Positions 29,122-42,589 of a DNA stretch of 64,000 nucleotides are shown piece by piece. Under the pieces are notes generated by a model, which searched no databases, was not told the DNA's origin, and was given only the letters and a program-made list of their open reading frames with translations. A program made the position numbers and the translations under genes. Position 1 is the first letter of the stretch. Each line of letters begins with the position of its first letter. The DNA is taken from positions 6,882,001-6,946,000 of the forward strand of contig OX597830.1 in assembly GCA_951406725.2 (NCBI GenBank). Direction: 5' to 3'. The DNA is from Octopus vulgaris. Lineage: Eukaryota.

Positions 29122-29420
29122 TGATAATAATAATAATAATAATAATTTACACACATGCACACATACATACGCACACTCCCGCACGCATGCACACACAGAA
29201 ATATATAATATTGAAGAGAGAGGAAAGGATGGAAATTTAATTGCCAATGACGTCTTTTGTCAGGTCTAAGTTATTTCATTGCTTCAGTCCGTTCACTGGA
29301 AACACAGTGACGTTCGTATTTGTATAGTTTAGATCTAGTTAGAGACACTGAGTATGGAGTCGGCATTGAAACTGACAAGCGACATCAAACACATACAGAC
29401 ATATACATACATACATATAA

Positions 29421-29483
<63 letters not shown>

Positions 29484-29540
29484 TTACTTATTCATATATA
29501 TACATATATATGCATATATATATGTATTGCAGATATATAA

Positions 29541-29626
<86 letters not shown>

Positions 29627-29638
29627 TGATAGACAGAC

Positions 29639-29692
<54 letters not shown>

Positions 29693-29809
29693 ATAGATAG
29701 ATTTACTTGTAGGAATACTCATATATATACGCGTGTATGTGTGCTTGTGTTTTTACGTTTGTATATCTTTGTACCTTCCTACATAAATGCATACAGACTT
29801 ATATGTGAG

Positions 29810-30790
29810 TGTTGTATCAAAAGTAATACAAGAGCGAGGAGAACTGTTTTTTGATTCCCTAACCTACGTAGCGCAAATTCTACATGTCGTTTGTGTAAGT
29901 TGTGCTGTATAGTAACTGCTGTTGCTGCTTTTCTTCATTGCAACCAAAGAATGTGTTACAAACAGATGCAAACTCTCCACATTGATCTCTCAACGATGGC
30001 GGTGCAGGAAGAAATTCATCAACAGACGGCTCCAGTCTGTTCGTGAAGAAAATACAAGTGGTAAGAGCAATGCACAGATGAATGAAGAAGTTTAAAAAGG
30101 GGGAAAGCAGATTTCAACTCAAACCATACAGTGGGTGACATTCAACTCTGATCACTAGCACGGATTGCCTATGAGAGAAAGAAGGGATTCGCCCAGATAG
30201 ATTACTCACCAAGTGGGAGTCCCTTAACAAATGGGCAGTGGTCATAGTAAAACTTTGGACTCTAGAAAGCTTTTGCAAAGTGAGTGACTCTTTGACTCTG
30301 AAAGAAAGTAAGGTGTTAGTCTGCTCTCATCTGCTGGACGAGTTTGAAGTAAAAGAAGACACATTTTTACAATCTGGTGGCAGATGTTACATAGGTGTGT
30401 TCTTTATAATCCTGTAATCCAGGTAAAAGAGATTTAAAAGCCAGTAATGAACACAAGATGTTGTGATGACTATCTTTTGCCATGAGGAGGGCGTCATTCT
30501 CCTTAATTTTGTGGGACGTGGCCGTACCATGAAAGACGAGCGGCATATTGAGAGATGCAAAAAGCTTCCAGGAAAACTTGTGAGAAAGAGTTCGCATAAG
30601 AAGCGTTCGACACTCATCATGAGGATGCACACCACCATGGCAACAAATCAATTTATCAGTATACTAGGTTGCTCGTTCATCCTACATTCACTGTTCTGAC
30701 CGAATCTGGAGAACTTCGACTTCCTTCTCTTCAGAGACGACGTTAATTTGTATAACTGAAAGTAAAACGCAGGAAGGAATATGGTAAGCG
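29810..30790 (+). pseudogene. Highly decayed mariner transposase
   Basis: MMTIFCHEEGVILLNFVGRGRTM resembles mariner MxTVFWDxxGVIxxDFLxxGxTI; HSLF*PNLENFDFLLF resembles HPPYSPDLAPSDFHLF. Boundaries approximate. Confidence 0.7.
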
Positions 30791-31290
30791 AAACTGAGAC
30801 AGGTGACTGGTGCAAAATAGCAATGCAGGGTTTTGGCAGAATTGTTTTAGCTTCGGAAATACTTTGCAGTCTTTATCCCAGTTCGTTATATTCTGATTTC
30901 AAATCATGGAAAAGATCCACTATACCTGTCCCAATTAAAGGCCGGGTGCCGAATAAACCCCTCTCCTCAAAATCCTTGTCCTTGCACCTAAAGACAATGA
31001 GATGAGAGAATCATTAAAACATCCCCTAAAAATTATTACTCCTTGCTTTTTAGCTAAAGCATAAACAATTATCACTGTTTATTTGAAAACGCAGGGAAAC
31101 ATGCGACATTTGTTCCATCATTCTGCGTTCTGGTTTCTAATCTCACCAAGGTAAACTTTTTCTTACTCCTTTGGGGGTCAAGAAAATAAAGTACCAGTGA
31201 AATACTAGTGTCAAAGGTATAGTCTAATACCTCCCTAAAAATTATTACTCCTTGCTTTTTATTTAAAGCATATACAATTACTACCGTTCT

Positions 31291-31499
31291 GCGCGCTGGC
31301 AGAATCGTTATCACAGCGAACGAAAACGTTTAGCGGTATTTCGTCAGTCTTTGCGTTCTGAGTTCGAATTCTACCGAGGTCGACTTTGCCTTTCATCCTT
31401 TCAGGGTCGATAAATTAAGTACCAGTGAAACACTGGGGTCGATATAAGTGACTAGTCTCCACCCCACAAATTTGCAGCCTTGTACCTTCAATAGAAAGG
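31291..31499 (+). mobile_element. SINE family A, (ATT)n-tail variant
   Basis: GCTGGCAGAATCGTTA..GAGTTCGAATTC..AATAGAAAGG(ATT)n. Confidence 0.88.
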
Positions 31500-31588
<89 letters not shown>

Positions 31589-32314
31589 ATCACAGCTGAA
31601 AAAAATATGATTGCTGTTGTTGCTGCTATTATCATTGAAGTAATGACTCAAAATCTATTGAAAGTGTATGATTTATAAAAAGTTAGAATGGAAAAAAAAA
31701 GACAAGAAAAAATGAAAATGTAAAAAAGGTAAAAAATATCAAGAATTTTATCTTTATAGTCAACATGGCTGCCAGATTTATTAAAGTTAATCAGATTACT
31801 TAATCCCGTTAATCTCTGCCAGTCAGATTTACAGCGGTGTCTTATTCACTAAGAATAAGAATATTTTGCTTTGGCCTAGAAAAAGTTGGTTTGTAAAAGA
31901 TGAAAGATGTTAACACTGCATCAATTGTATTAATCAGACTCACGGTCGCAATGCGCTTCCGATTTTTACTTGATACCACCCCTCTTTTCTATTTTGATGT
32001 AAATCTTTTCCTGAAATCATCTTCCTACCATTGTGTAGGACATCCGAGTGGTCTTTTCCAATCTCTTGTTTACCATTCGGCAACTGCGAGGGTCTGACCC
32101 AATGCAATTGCTACTTTCGGTGTTCTGCCATCGCATCATTCTCTCCGCTTCGTTCTGGATTATTTTATTTCGGTATTCTTCTGAAATGATAAACCTAGCA
32201 TCGATCTTTCCATGGCCCTATGCATTGTAACCAAATGAGTTATATATATATATGAAGAAAAAAACAGAAGAAAACAAAGAAAGGTAAAGGATACGATAGA
32301 ACATTCTGGAATTA

Positions 32315-32535
32315 AAGTAATCCCTCGCCATATCGCGGATCACCTTTCGCGGTTTATTATTTAAGCTGATGTCGGTTCCTCCGCGGTGTCGTTTTGCTTT
32401 TATGATAAAATAAATATTACAAATTATATAAAAAATAATTTTAAACATATACAGTACAGTAGTGTTTCTACTTCGCGGATTTTCACCTATCATGGGGTGG
32501 AGGTTTTGGAACGTAACACCCACGAAGGATTACTG
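32315..32535 (-). mobile_element. pogo/Tigger-like MITE, second copy
   Basis: Reverse-complement match to 14738-14951; ends AAGTAATCCCTCGCC / GAAGGATTACTG. Confidence 0.75.
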
Positions 32536-32789
32536 GATTTTATTTCTGTAATTCTTTATGAAAATCTTAAAGATCTCATTAGTTTTTTTCTTATATTGAT
32601 GAAATCAGGTTGTCATCTGTATAACATAAGGACGGTATTTATGTTATTCAAATTGAAGAGGTAACAAGCAAGACCAGTTCTACATCAACATGATTCGAAC
32701 TTTCATCAACGTGTTTAGTGTAACGCTGTATTATTTACTTCTCAACAGCACTTATTTTCTATGTAAATAGCCTTTTGATTTTGTCATAT

Positions 32790-33108
32790 TTTGCTTTCGG
32801 AGTCGATAAATTAAGTACCAGTTACACACTGGGGTCGATGTAATCGACTTAATCCCTTTGTCTGTCCTTGTTTGTCCTCTCTGTATTTAGCCCTTGTGGG
32901 TAGTAAAGAAATAGGTATTTCGTCTGCCGTTACGTTCTGAGTTCAAATTCCGCCGAGGTCGACTCTGCCTTTCATCCCTTCGGGGGTCGATAAATTAAGT
33001 ACCAGTTGCATACTGAGGTCGATTTAATTCCTTTGTCGACTTAATTCCTTTGTCTGTCCTTATTTGTCTCCTCTACGTTTAGCTCCCTGTGGGCAATAAA
33101 AAAATAAA
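32790..33108 (+). mobile_element. Two tandem 5'-truncated SINE family A copies with the Tx1-like tail
   Basis: GTCGATAAATTAAGTACCAGTT..CTGTCCTTRTTTGTC..TTTAGC..GTGGG..TAAA repeated twice. Confidence 0.85.
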
Positions 33109-33362
33109 TATATTGGAAAGTTCATTAAATCAACCCCAGAATAAGACAAATACTTATTTTAGTGACCAGGAAAAATAATAACGTAAATAAGAGAAACATG
33201 TGTGGAAGTAAACGTCCCTCTTCGATCATCATTCTACTTTATCTACCATTTACTCACATTTATTAAGAATGTATATCTGATTTGATGTTATATATCAATC
33301 AAATCGACCAAAGAAAGAAGTTCCTTAGAATTGATTATAAGATATATATGCATAAACACATA

Positions 33363-33424
<62 letters not shown>

Positions 33425-33795
33425 TATATATATTTCTTACTCTATCATTTCTCATTCCAATATTGGTCATCTATACGTTCTCTTACATCTCTTTCTCTAT
33501 CCTCTCTTTCTCTCTCTATCCCTCAACTTCATCCATTTTCTTTCCGTCCCTTATTCTTTCTCTACCTCTTTGTCTCTTTTTCTCTCTCGTTTTTCATTCT
33601 CTGATTTATGTTGTTCCAAATTTAACAACACCAACTTTCTATATCTTGGAATATAATTCCTTCCTGTTTTAAGAAGCAACTATGTGATATAAGAGATATT
33701 TCACTGCTACTTTTCCCATATGTTCTACGACTACTTCGAAATTCTCACGCTACAACCGCATATATGAATGCATATATATATATATATATATATAT

Positions 33796-33890
<95 letters not shown>

Positions 33891-33983
33891 TAGATATAGA
33901 CATATATATATATATACTCTTTTACTCTTTTACTCTTTTACTTGTTTCAGCCATCCGGCTGAGGCCATGCTGGGGCACCGCCC

Positions 33984-34033
<50 letters not shown>

Positions 34034-34199
34034 GTTGTATACTGTCAATCTAACAAGAATGTGACAGTAGGGGATACACCACCGCTGTATAGCCCTAGGA
34101 AGCATCGAACGCTTCCTGATGGCTTTGACACATTTTTCCCTGTGTCCTTATATACATATACAAAGGTGAGACAAACACCCCCGGCTGCCGAAGCTGCAT

Positions 34200-34242
34200 C
34201 TAGGGACACGTGTTTCAGGATCGTTGTCCTTCATTGGCCTAG
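34200..34242 (-). ncRNA. Minimal hammerhead fold with mutated core, in a TA-flanked repeat element
   Basis: Minus strand CTAGG-CCAATGA-AGGA CAACGA TCCT-GAAA-CACGTG-TC-CCTAG; stems I and II fully paired, palindromic stem III, GUC triplet. Confidence 0.65.
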
Positions 34243-34415
34243 AGTAGCAGACACCGGTCAGCTGGTGATATTTGTCTCGACTTCGTAATTGTATATATCT
34301 ATAACTCAGTGAAGTCTATTCACTGATTATCAAATAAAGAAATATTGAATTTCTAAATCTCTCGTAGAGACATGTACGGTGGTGGGGCGATAGAATATAT
34401 ATATATATATATATA

Positions 34416-34589
34416 TGCTAAAATAATTTTATAAAAAACATTTCAGTACCAGTTCCGGTTATTGAGACTGATTCAACTCTAAGTATGGAAAACAATTAAA
34501 GTTTTGGAAAATTAAAAGAAAAATTTTTTTTAATAATTTTTTTTCTCTGGTTTCAGCTCAAATACAAGGGGCATTTTCCTTGTTTCTGC

Positions 34590-34592
<3 letters not shown>
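34416..34592. repeat. Interspersed repeat shared with 59050-59220 (Penelope pLTR-like)
   Basis: GCTAAWATAATTTTATAAA..CATTTCAGTACC..GGCATTTTCCTTGTTTCTGCCT in both copies, each following (TA)n. Confidence 0.7.
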
Positions 34593-34621
<29 letters not shown>

Positions 34622-34713
34622 TACTCTCGTGGGTTTGATATATATATGTGTAAATGCATATATATATGGAGGTGGGGTATATTTAGAAACCGGATTAATC
34701 TAGCTATTTCTCA

Positions 34714-34756
34714 GCTCTAATCGATTTTCAACCTTATTGGATTCTCATCAGAGACG
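34714..34756 (-). ncRNA. Minimal hammerhead-like motif
   Basis: Minus strand GTCT-CTGATGA-GAATCCAATAAGGTT-GAAA-ATCGAT-TA-GAGC; intact core and palindromic stem III, weak stem I. Confidence 0.5.
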
Positions 34757-35026
34757 CCTACCTCAATACGACCAATTCCAGAGAAACGAACAGCCAATCT
34801 GATTATGTACTCATTAATTTCAATAGTTACAGGAAACTGGGGCTCCTAATTAAAGTACTGTAAGCTTTAACAATTTTTTAAAAATATCAGGGGCCTGTCA
34901 CCGGGGATCTCAGTCCACACAGAATCGAGGTATGACGTAACATATGCAACCTACATAGGATACATGAAAGCAGTGCCAGTTCAGTTGACCCCCATCAATC
35001 GACTTTCGAAACTTGTTGGATTCTTT

Positions 35027-35083
<57 letters not shown>

Positions 35084-35110
35084 TTCTTTCTTTCTTTCTC
35101 TCTTTCTCTA

Positions 35111-35152
<42 letters not shown>

Positions 35153-35220
35153 TACATACATAGCTACATACTCATAAACACGTATGTATATGTGTGTATT
35201 CATATACATAAGTGTGTGCA

Positions 35221-35254
<34 letters not shown>

Positions 35255-35757
35255 TGTGTGTGTGCGTGTGTATGTCATTTTTCAGTTTTATTTCAAGATT
35301 TCTTGCCAATACAGAAAGAGCCGGTTTCTAACCTAGATCAAAGACTCCTTCATTGGAATTTCAACATATAAAAACAATGTATTTTTGTATGTCGGTACGG
35401 ATGTATTTATGCATGTATGCATTTATACATGCAGATTTGCATGCTTTATGTATGTATTCTCATGCATATACCTGCATATCTAGACATGCTCATATATATT
35501 GAAATGATAAACTCCTGGAAAGTTTTACAGATTTTTACAGTTCCAGTGATGGATTGGATCTGCAGTCTTCGAATTAACTTTCTCCTTTCTGGTTTTCAGA
35601 AACCGAATATCTCAAGATTGGTATTTAGGCAGTGCGCTAAATATCCCAGAACCGCAATAATTACAGGTATAAACCTGAACTTGTAATCTGGATAGAGTAA
35701 CTGCAGGTTTCTCAATAGTCCAGCGTAAGTATTCTCTTTTTCACTGATCTTCAGCTT

Positions 35758-35810
<53 letters not shown>

Positions 35811-35915
35811 ATTTATGTATGTATGTATGTGAGTATATATATGCATGTAGGTTTGTAGATATCTATTTACTTTTGTCCATATACACGTACACATACACAC
35901 TCGCACATACATATG

Positions 35916-36015
<100 letters not shown>

Positions 36016-38017
36016 TGGCCAGAAATCAAACATACGTATGTTTGTATGATGTCAAAAGTTTTCTTATAGAATGTAATCATATGTGCGTGAGTGAGTGTAT
36101 ACATATGTTTGTATACAGGTTTTTAAATGTATGTATTGTGTTTGTATGTCTTCACGTCTTCGTGTGCATAATGACTTTTCCTTGATCGTTCTGCGTATAT
36201 AGCAGAGATACGCTCGTGTGTATGGCCCTGAATATCTATGTATAAGTTTCTATGCATTCGTTACTTTGCCTCTGAGTATGTTACTGTGTTTATGTGTGTA
36301 TGCGTATGTGTATGTGCGTGTGCACGGGTTTAATGATATGTATGCATGGGTACATATCCTTATCAATACCCGTATGTTTGTCACTTTCCGTGCGGGTATA
36401 GCGGGTGGTTCACAAGCATCTGTTTATATATATATGTGTGTACATGTACATGCGTGTATATTAATTTGTGTTTCTGCCTGTGTGTTTATACAGAACAAGG
36501 CCTAAGTGCACACCTTACATCTATACCTATGTGTGTTTGGGTATATAACATATAAGGCTGTGAGTGTGAGTGTGTCTCTGTGTGTGTATATGTGCGTATT
36601 GTTGATGCATATGTAGGCATACATATATATATGTGTATGTGTGTATGTATATTCATGTTCGTGTGTTTATATACACAGAAGTTTGCATGTATGGCTGTGT
36701 GTATCTCTCTCTCACTCTCTCACTCTCTCTATCTATATCTATATATAATATGTATGCATGGACACATAAGCAGAACACCCGTATGTATGTCTCACGATCT
36801 GTGCGAGCATAGCGGGTGGCATGTCAGAGTATGTATGTATGTATGTATGTATGTATGTATGTATGTATGTATGTATGCATGTATGTATATGTGTGTGTAT
36901 ATGTGTATATGTGTGCATGTAGGCATGTATCCATTTATAATAGCTAAATGCACAGCATACAATCATAAATATATACATACATATGTATATATTATATATG
37001 TATACACACACACACAAACACACACACATGCATATATAGATATATTATATGCATACATGTTTATATATATATATATATATATATCTGAATATATATATAT
37101 ATATGTATCTATTTGTATATATACATGTATGTATGTGTGTGTGAGAGGATAGTGTGTGTATATAAGTGCGTGAGTACCCATGTGGCATCTATCGACTGTA
37201 GACCCAGCATGCAGTATAGCATGGCCTGGACCATATGGTCCAGTAGAGATCGTGTTTTATTGTTCACCTTCGGCAAGACTCTCACAACCTCTGACTCCCT
37301 CCATAAATCGCTTTATCACCCCCTAACAAACAGCAATGTTTCAACACCACCACGCCACCCACGTCCATTCGCACGCCGCCTCCCTCTTCCACAAACTTCT
37401 CTTTTTCTCTCTCCATGCTGGTCAACAATGGCGGCTTCATTCCCTGTTTTCTAATGAATTACAAATTAGTCTTTAATTTATTTGACCTCCCACCTCGCAC
37501 TTGACAACGTCATCACAATGAATGCTTCAAAAACCACCACCACCACCACCATTAAAAACATCGCAACCACCATCGCCAACATCATCATCTGCATCACCGC
37601 CAGCATCATTTAGTTCACCGCTATCACCACTACTACTCTACTACTATCACTGCCGCTACTACTAACGTCACTACCACTACCATCACCACCATCATCATCA
37701 CCAACACCAACACTTCGACCATCTCCGCCACTATCACCACCAGCATTATTCCAAGTGATAATCGGTGAAACCTCAAATAGCAACCTTTCTACTATAGATT
37801 TAAGTCACTTTCTTCTACGTCCGAAGTTCAATTCCTGCCAAAGCCAGATCGGTCGTATGGCCACCCCTACAGGGGCAACCCATAAAACAATATCTAGACA
37901 TATGTTGGCTTTAGGCACAGCTGTCTCAACGTATGCATCTCTCGTTATATATTTCGGTTTGTTTGAACACATACACATACTCACACACAAAAGGAACGCA
38001 TACACACTTATATATGT

Positions 38018-38067
<50 letters not shown>

Positions 38068-38749
38068 ATAGATGTATGTGTACATATGTGTGTGTGTGAG
38101 AGTGTGTATGCGTGTTTGTGTGTTTTGTCGTTATTGTAGTAAATGCCGTTCTTCTTGGCGTTGATGGGAATGTTACTAATATCCCAGTTCGTTATGTTTG
38201 ATCTTATTTCGATTTAGTGCAATAAAATAATGGCACGTGACGTACGAAGAGAGAGGGAAGAGAGAGGTAAAGAGTGGTTGAGGGGGGGGGGGGGAGAAGA
38301 GAGACAGAAATCGAGACGCATAGAATGTTCGAGAGTGAGAAAGAGACAGAGCGAATATAAGTTTTAAGAGATTAAGATTATTTGAATCAGAATAGATGTG
38401 TGAGTATGTGTGTTGGGGAGGAGTGTTTTATGGAGGGAATTTGGCAAGTTTACAAGTGTAGGCCGTCTCAGCCAGCCGATGACCGATTTCCTACTTGGGC
38501 CGTCCAGGTTATCAAAGGTGTCGCTGCTATCACATTTTCCATTATATTACCCTGAGATATTGTAATTGATTGTTCCTAACTATTTTCTCTGTTGACTATA
38601 AATTAGCACATTCAAATGCTCTCCCCCACAGACATACATATAAATATGCACACATACACACTCACACATATATACATATATGTATAGTAATATGTGTAAA
38701 ATATACCCACATCTATGCATTTATATGCACGTATATATATATGGGGGGG

Positions 38750-38951
38750 GATAAAAGATAGATAATGGAAGGAACAGCATTCTTTCTTTAATCACTACAA
38801 TTGTTTCGACACATTTTTACACTTGAAGTGAATTCGTGTACCAATGTACTACAGGTGTGAAAATGTGTACATTATGTCTAGAAAATGTGTAGAAATAATC
38901 CAAGTGCTTTTAAATAAAGAATGTTGTTTATTCCCTTTTCTATCATTTATC
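38750..38951. repeat. Imperfect inverted repeat (pLTR-like) just upstream of the Penelope ORF
   Basis: GATAAAAGATAGATAATGGAAGGAACAGCATTCTTTCTTTAATCACT pairs with AGTGCTTTTAAATAAAGAATGTTGTTTATTCCCTTTTCTATCATTTATC; contains minus-strand GAAA-CAATTG-TA-GTG. Confidence 0.6.
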
Positions 38952-39039
38952 TAATTATACACAACCGATTCCTGTCAATAACGAGAACTCTTCCATAGAG
39001 TGATAACATTAGGTAGCCAATAAGTGTTGACGAGCCTTG

Positions 39040-40319
39040 CATAGCAAGATAAAATCTCACTTTTATCTATGTTTATCATGTGTAATTATTTCCTATTTGA
39101 TGAAACCTACTATGGACAAAACTGGGGAATTGCAATGGGTACGAAAGCAGCCTCTGTTCTTGCGAACCTAATAATGGGATATTTTGAATTCACCATATAT
39201 GAGGTGTCACTGCAAAAATATGGACATCCAATTCACCATTATATAAGTAAGAACTGGAAAAGATATCTGGATGACTGCTTTATCATTTGGAAGGAAACCA
39301 TTTATAAACTTTTGGAATTTAAATCAATACTAAATTATATAAACTCTGACATTCAATTTACAATGGAATATAGCAAATAACAGCTCCCTTTCGTAAGTAT
39401 TAGGATAAAAAAGTGAACAACCAAATTATAACTGACATTTCTCATAAGCCAACGGACTGGAAACGATATCTTCTGCTTCGCTCATGCTACACGAAAAACA
39501 AAAGGAATATCCCCTTTAATTTAGCAAAAAGAATTTGCATAATAGATACCCGAGACCTCTATCTTCAAGACCTCAGCACAACGCTAACTGAGAGACAATA
39601 CCCACCCTCACTTATGGACGACGAAATTATGCGCGGTAAGAATTTAAGCATTAAAACACTAAAGGAAACAAAACGTAACACCTCATCTCAAAACACTACC
39701 GTGTATATATCAATGTACAACCCTAGAAACAATGAGGCATACAACATTGTTGTACAAAATCTACCTATGCTCACTATGAATACAAAAATGAACAACATTA
39801 TGAAAATTCATGAATTCATCAAATGCAAAAAGCAACACAAATCGCTGAAACGACTTCTGAAAATGCGATGCTTTAAACAACAACCACGAAACGAATGGTT
39901 AAAAATGTGGACGCCCAAACTGTGGAACATGCCCTAACCTGCTGAAAGGCTTGGAATTCCTATTCAAACAAGGAGAGATGTTCACAATTAAAATTAACTT
40001 CACTTCTGCTTCTGAGAATCTAATTTATGCTACAACTTATTCAGTTTGTGAATATAACTATATAGGACAGACAAGTATGGCACTGAGATGGAGAACCACA
40101 CTATATAAGGAACAGATCCGTTTCCCACAGTACAGACAGATTCCTTTGAGTGAACACAAAAAGAGATGTGCAGGTAATATCCAATCTAACTTCAGAGTTT
40201 TCTTTATGTACGAATGCAAAGAAGCAATTTCTGTACAAGAACGTTTGAATAAAGAAAATTTATACAGAACACACCTAAATATATACGCACAACCACCTTT
40301 GGCCTCAGTATATATTTAA
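39040..40319 (+). mobile_element. Decayed, 5'-truncated Penelope-like element (RT + GIY-YIG endonuclease)
   Basis: RT motifs YGQNWGIAMGTKAASVLANLIMG, WKRYLDDCF, IQFTME, HKPTD, NIPFNLAKRI; Cys linker CGRPNCGTCP at 39907; GIY-YIG NLIY..C..NYIGQT. Broken by stops and frameshifts. Confidence 0.93.
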
Positions 40320-40652
40320 TTCATGTTCGCATGCACATCACTGTAAATATTTCATCTCACTACAATAACTTTTGAGTTTTGTATATTTATTTAACCAATC
40401 ACCCCAAAATGAACAAATTTCAATACACAACATGAACAAAATCTTCCTAAGAAAATACGAAATTACAATAATTCCAATGTCAAGATTAGCTAAAGTGAAA
40501 CTGGTCGACAAGCAGGGTGCTCTTTCACTTATGGAATTTATTAATAAATATATTAAAACTAATGTAAACTGTGTATTTGCCTTCATTTATTCTCTCTATA
40601 TTTTTTATATTACAACTCCCGACGTGGGGATAATCTAAGTTCTCCTCCCCCT

Positions 40653-40704
<52 letters not shown>

Positions 40705-41610
40705 GCATCAGGTCAAGTAAGATAGATAAAAGGAAATTAAATGCTAAGTTAGGCTCTCTAAATAGTCTTTAAATAACTGACTTAAACTTGGTGTTATTTA
40801 AGCCTTGTTCTTTGCACTTTTAGAAAGAATAAGGCTTAGTCAAACCAACTGAGCCAGTCATTTAAAAACCAATAAACAACCACCAACCTACAAATTAACC
40901 AATCAAATTATAACAGCGAATATCTCGGCCGAGAGAAGCTAAGCCGCCATTTTGTCTCCCATCAAATCATCTTGGCTTGTTTGTTTATTTCTTCTGTATT
41001 TCTCTTGTTTTAAATTTTCTTCATTTATTCCTTATTTATTGTTCATCATTTTGTCTTTATTAATGTTTAGATTCTAAAATGTCTATTATCTCATAGTTTC
41101 TGCAACTGTTCAAAACATACATCTATGTCTTTCGTTTCAAACATTAGAGTTAATATTCAAAACAATGACAGCACCAACAACAGCAACAACATTAACAACC
41201 ACAACTACAATGTTTATAACGGACAATTTTGGTAATTAAAAAGAAATCATTAATATTATTTTAAAGAAATATTTCACTGTAACTATTATTATGTGAGAAA
41301 CCATTAAAATTTTGTATTCTTACAAGCTCAAGGTCTCATGAAACCATTAGATGTGTCTATACGTGCGTGCGTGCGCGCGCGTGCGTGTGTGTATGTAAAC
41401 AGGCTGGTGTGTATATGTAGGTTAATCTTTGTGATTATGTCAAAGGTTTTAATACAGTACATGATAATTAGACACATTCAAAGAAAATATTGAGAGTGAC
41501 TTCGAAACAGTCTGACCAAGGCTAGCGAACCGAAACATTGAAGTCACTCGCAACATTTTCCTCGTAAAGTTTAATAGACAGACAGACAGACAGATACATA
41601 CAAACATAGG

Positions 41611-41715
<105 letters not shown>

Positions 41716-42034
41716 GTGCAAAGATTTGCATATATGCTTATAATTGTTTATAATTTTCACATTTAAAGGTATTTTAATATGATACCACTTTTGATGAAAT
41801 TTTTTTTGAAAAAAAAATTAATCCTGTAATTGTAGTAAATTTATTACCATTCACTTCGGGACTGGTAATCACTATAAGTTGTGGTTCGTGATCGGTCACA
41901 TGTGTGACGTAAACACACCAGCACCGGTCGTCAGGTGATATTGGGGGGACAAAGACAGACACACAAACATACACACGCACGCACACACACACACACACAC
42001 ACACACATACATATGTATATATGTGTATATGCGT

Positions 42035-42340
42035 GGAGACGCAATGGCCCAGTGGTTAGGGCAGCGGACTCGCGGTTGTAGGATTGCGGTTTCGATTCCC
42101 AGACCGGGCGTTGTGAGTGTTTATTGAGAGAAAACACCTAAAGCTCCTCGAGGCTCTGGCAGGGGATGGTGGCGATCCCTGCTGTACTCTTTCGCCACAA
42201 CTTTTTCTCACTCTTTCTTCTGTTGGCCTGCTCGCTTAGCCAGAGGGGTGGCATCATTTGAAGACTAAAACAAAGCGAAGCGCATTGCGACCAGCGATGT
42301 GTAGCAACATCTGATAGCTTGGTCGGTCACGGTGATCACG

Positions 42341-42345
<5 letters not shown>
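42035..42345 (+). mobile_element. tRNA-derived SINE family C
   Basis: A-box TGGCCCAGTGG, B-box GGTTTCGATTCC, tail ending in tandem CACGGTGAT. Confidence 0.85.
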
Positions 42346-42374
<29 letters not shown>

Positions 42375-42536
42375 ACGCGCTTCTTTCAATTTCCGTCTAC
42401 CAAATCCACTCACATCGCTTTGGTCGGCCCAAGGTTATAGTAGAAGACACTTGCCCAAGTTGCCACGCAGTGAGACTGAATCCGAAACCATATGGTTGGC
42501 AAGCAAGCTATTTACCACACAGCCACTCCTGCGCCT
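42375..42536 (-). mobile_element. SINE family B 5' half
   Basis: CCACACAGCCACTCCTGCGCC head; TTCCGTCTACCAAATCCACTCAC body. Confidence 0.85.
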
Positions 42537-42589
42537 AATTACACACATTAATAGAGTAACTTTTTGATTTTATTAATTCTTCCTCATTT

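Noticed and set aside
35730-35756. Minus-strand CTGAAGA-TCAGT-GAAA
   Set aside because: No stem II or stem III pairing; compatible with chance.
42035-42110. tRNA-like sequence
   Set aside because: A and B boxes are present but there is no complete cloverleaf, and it continues into a SINE body.
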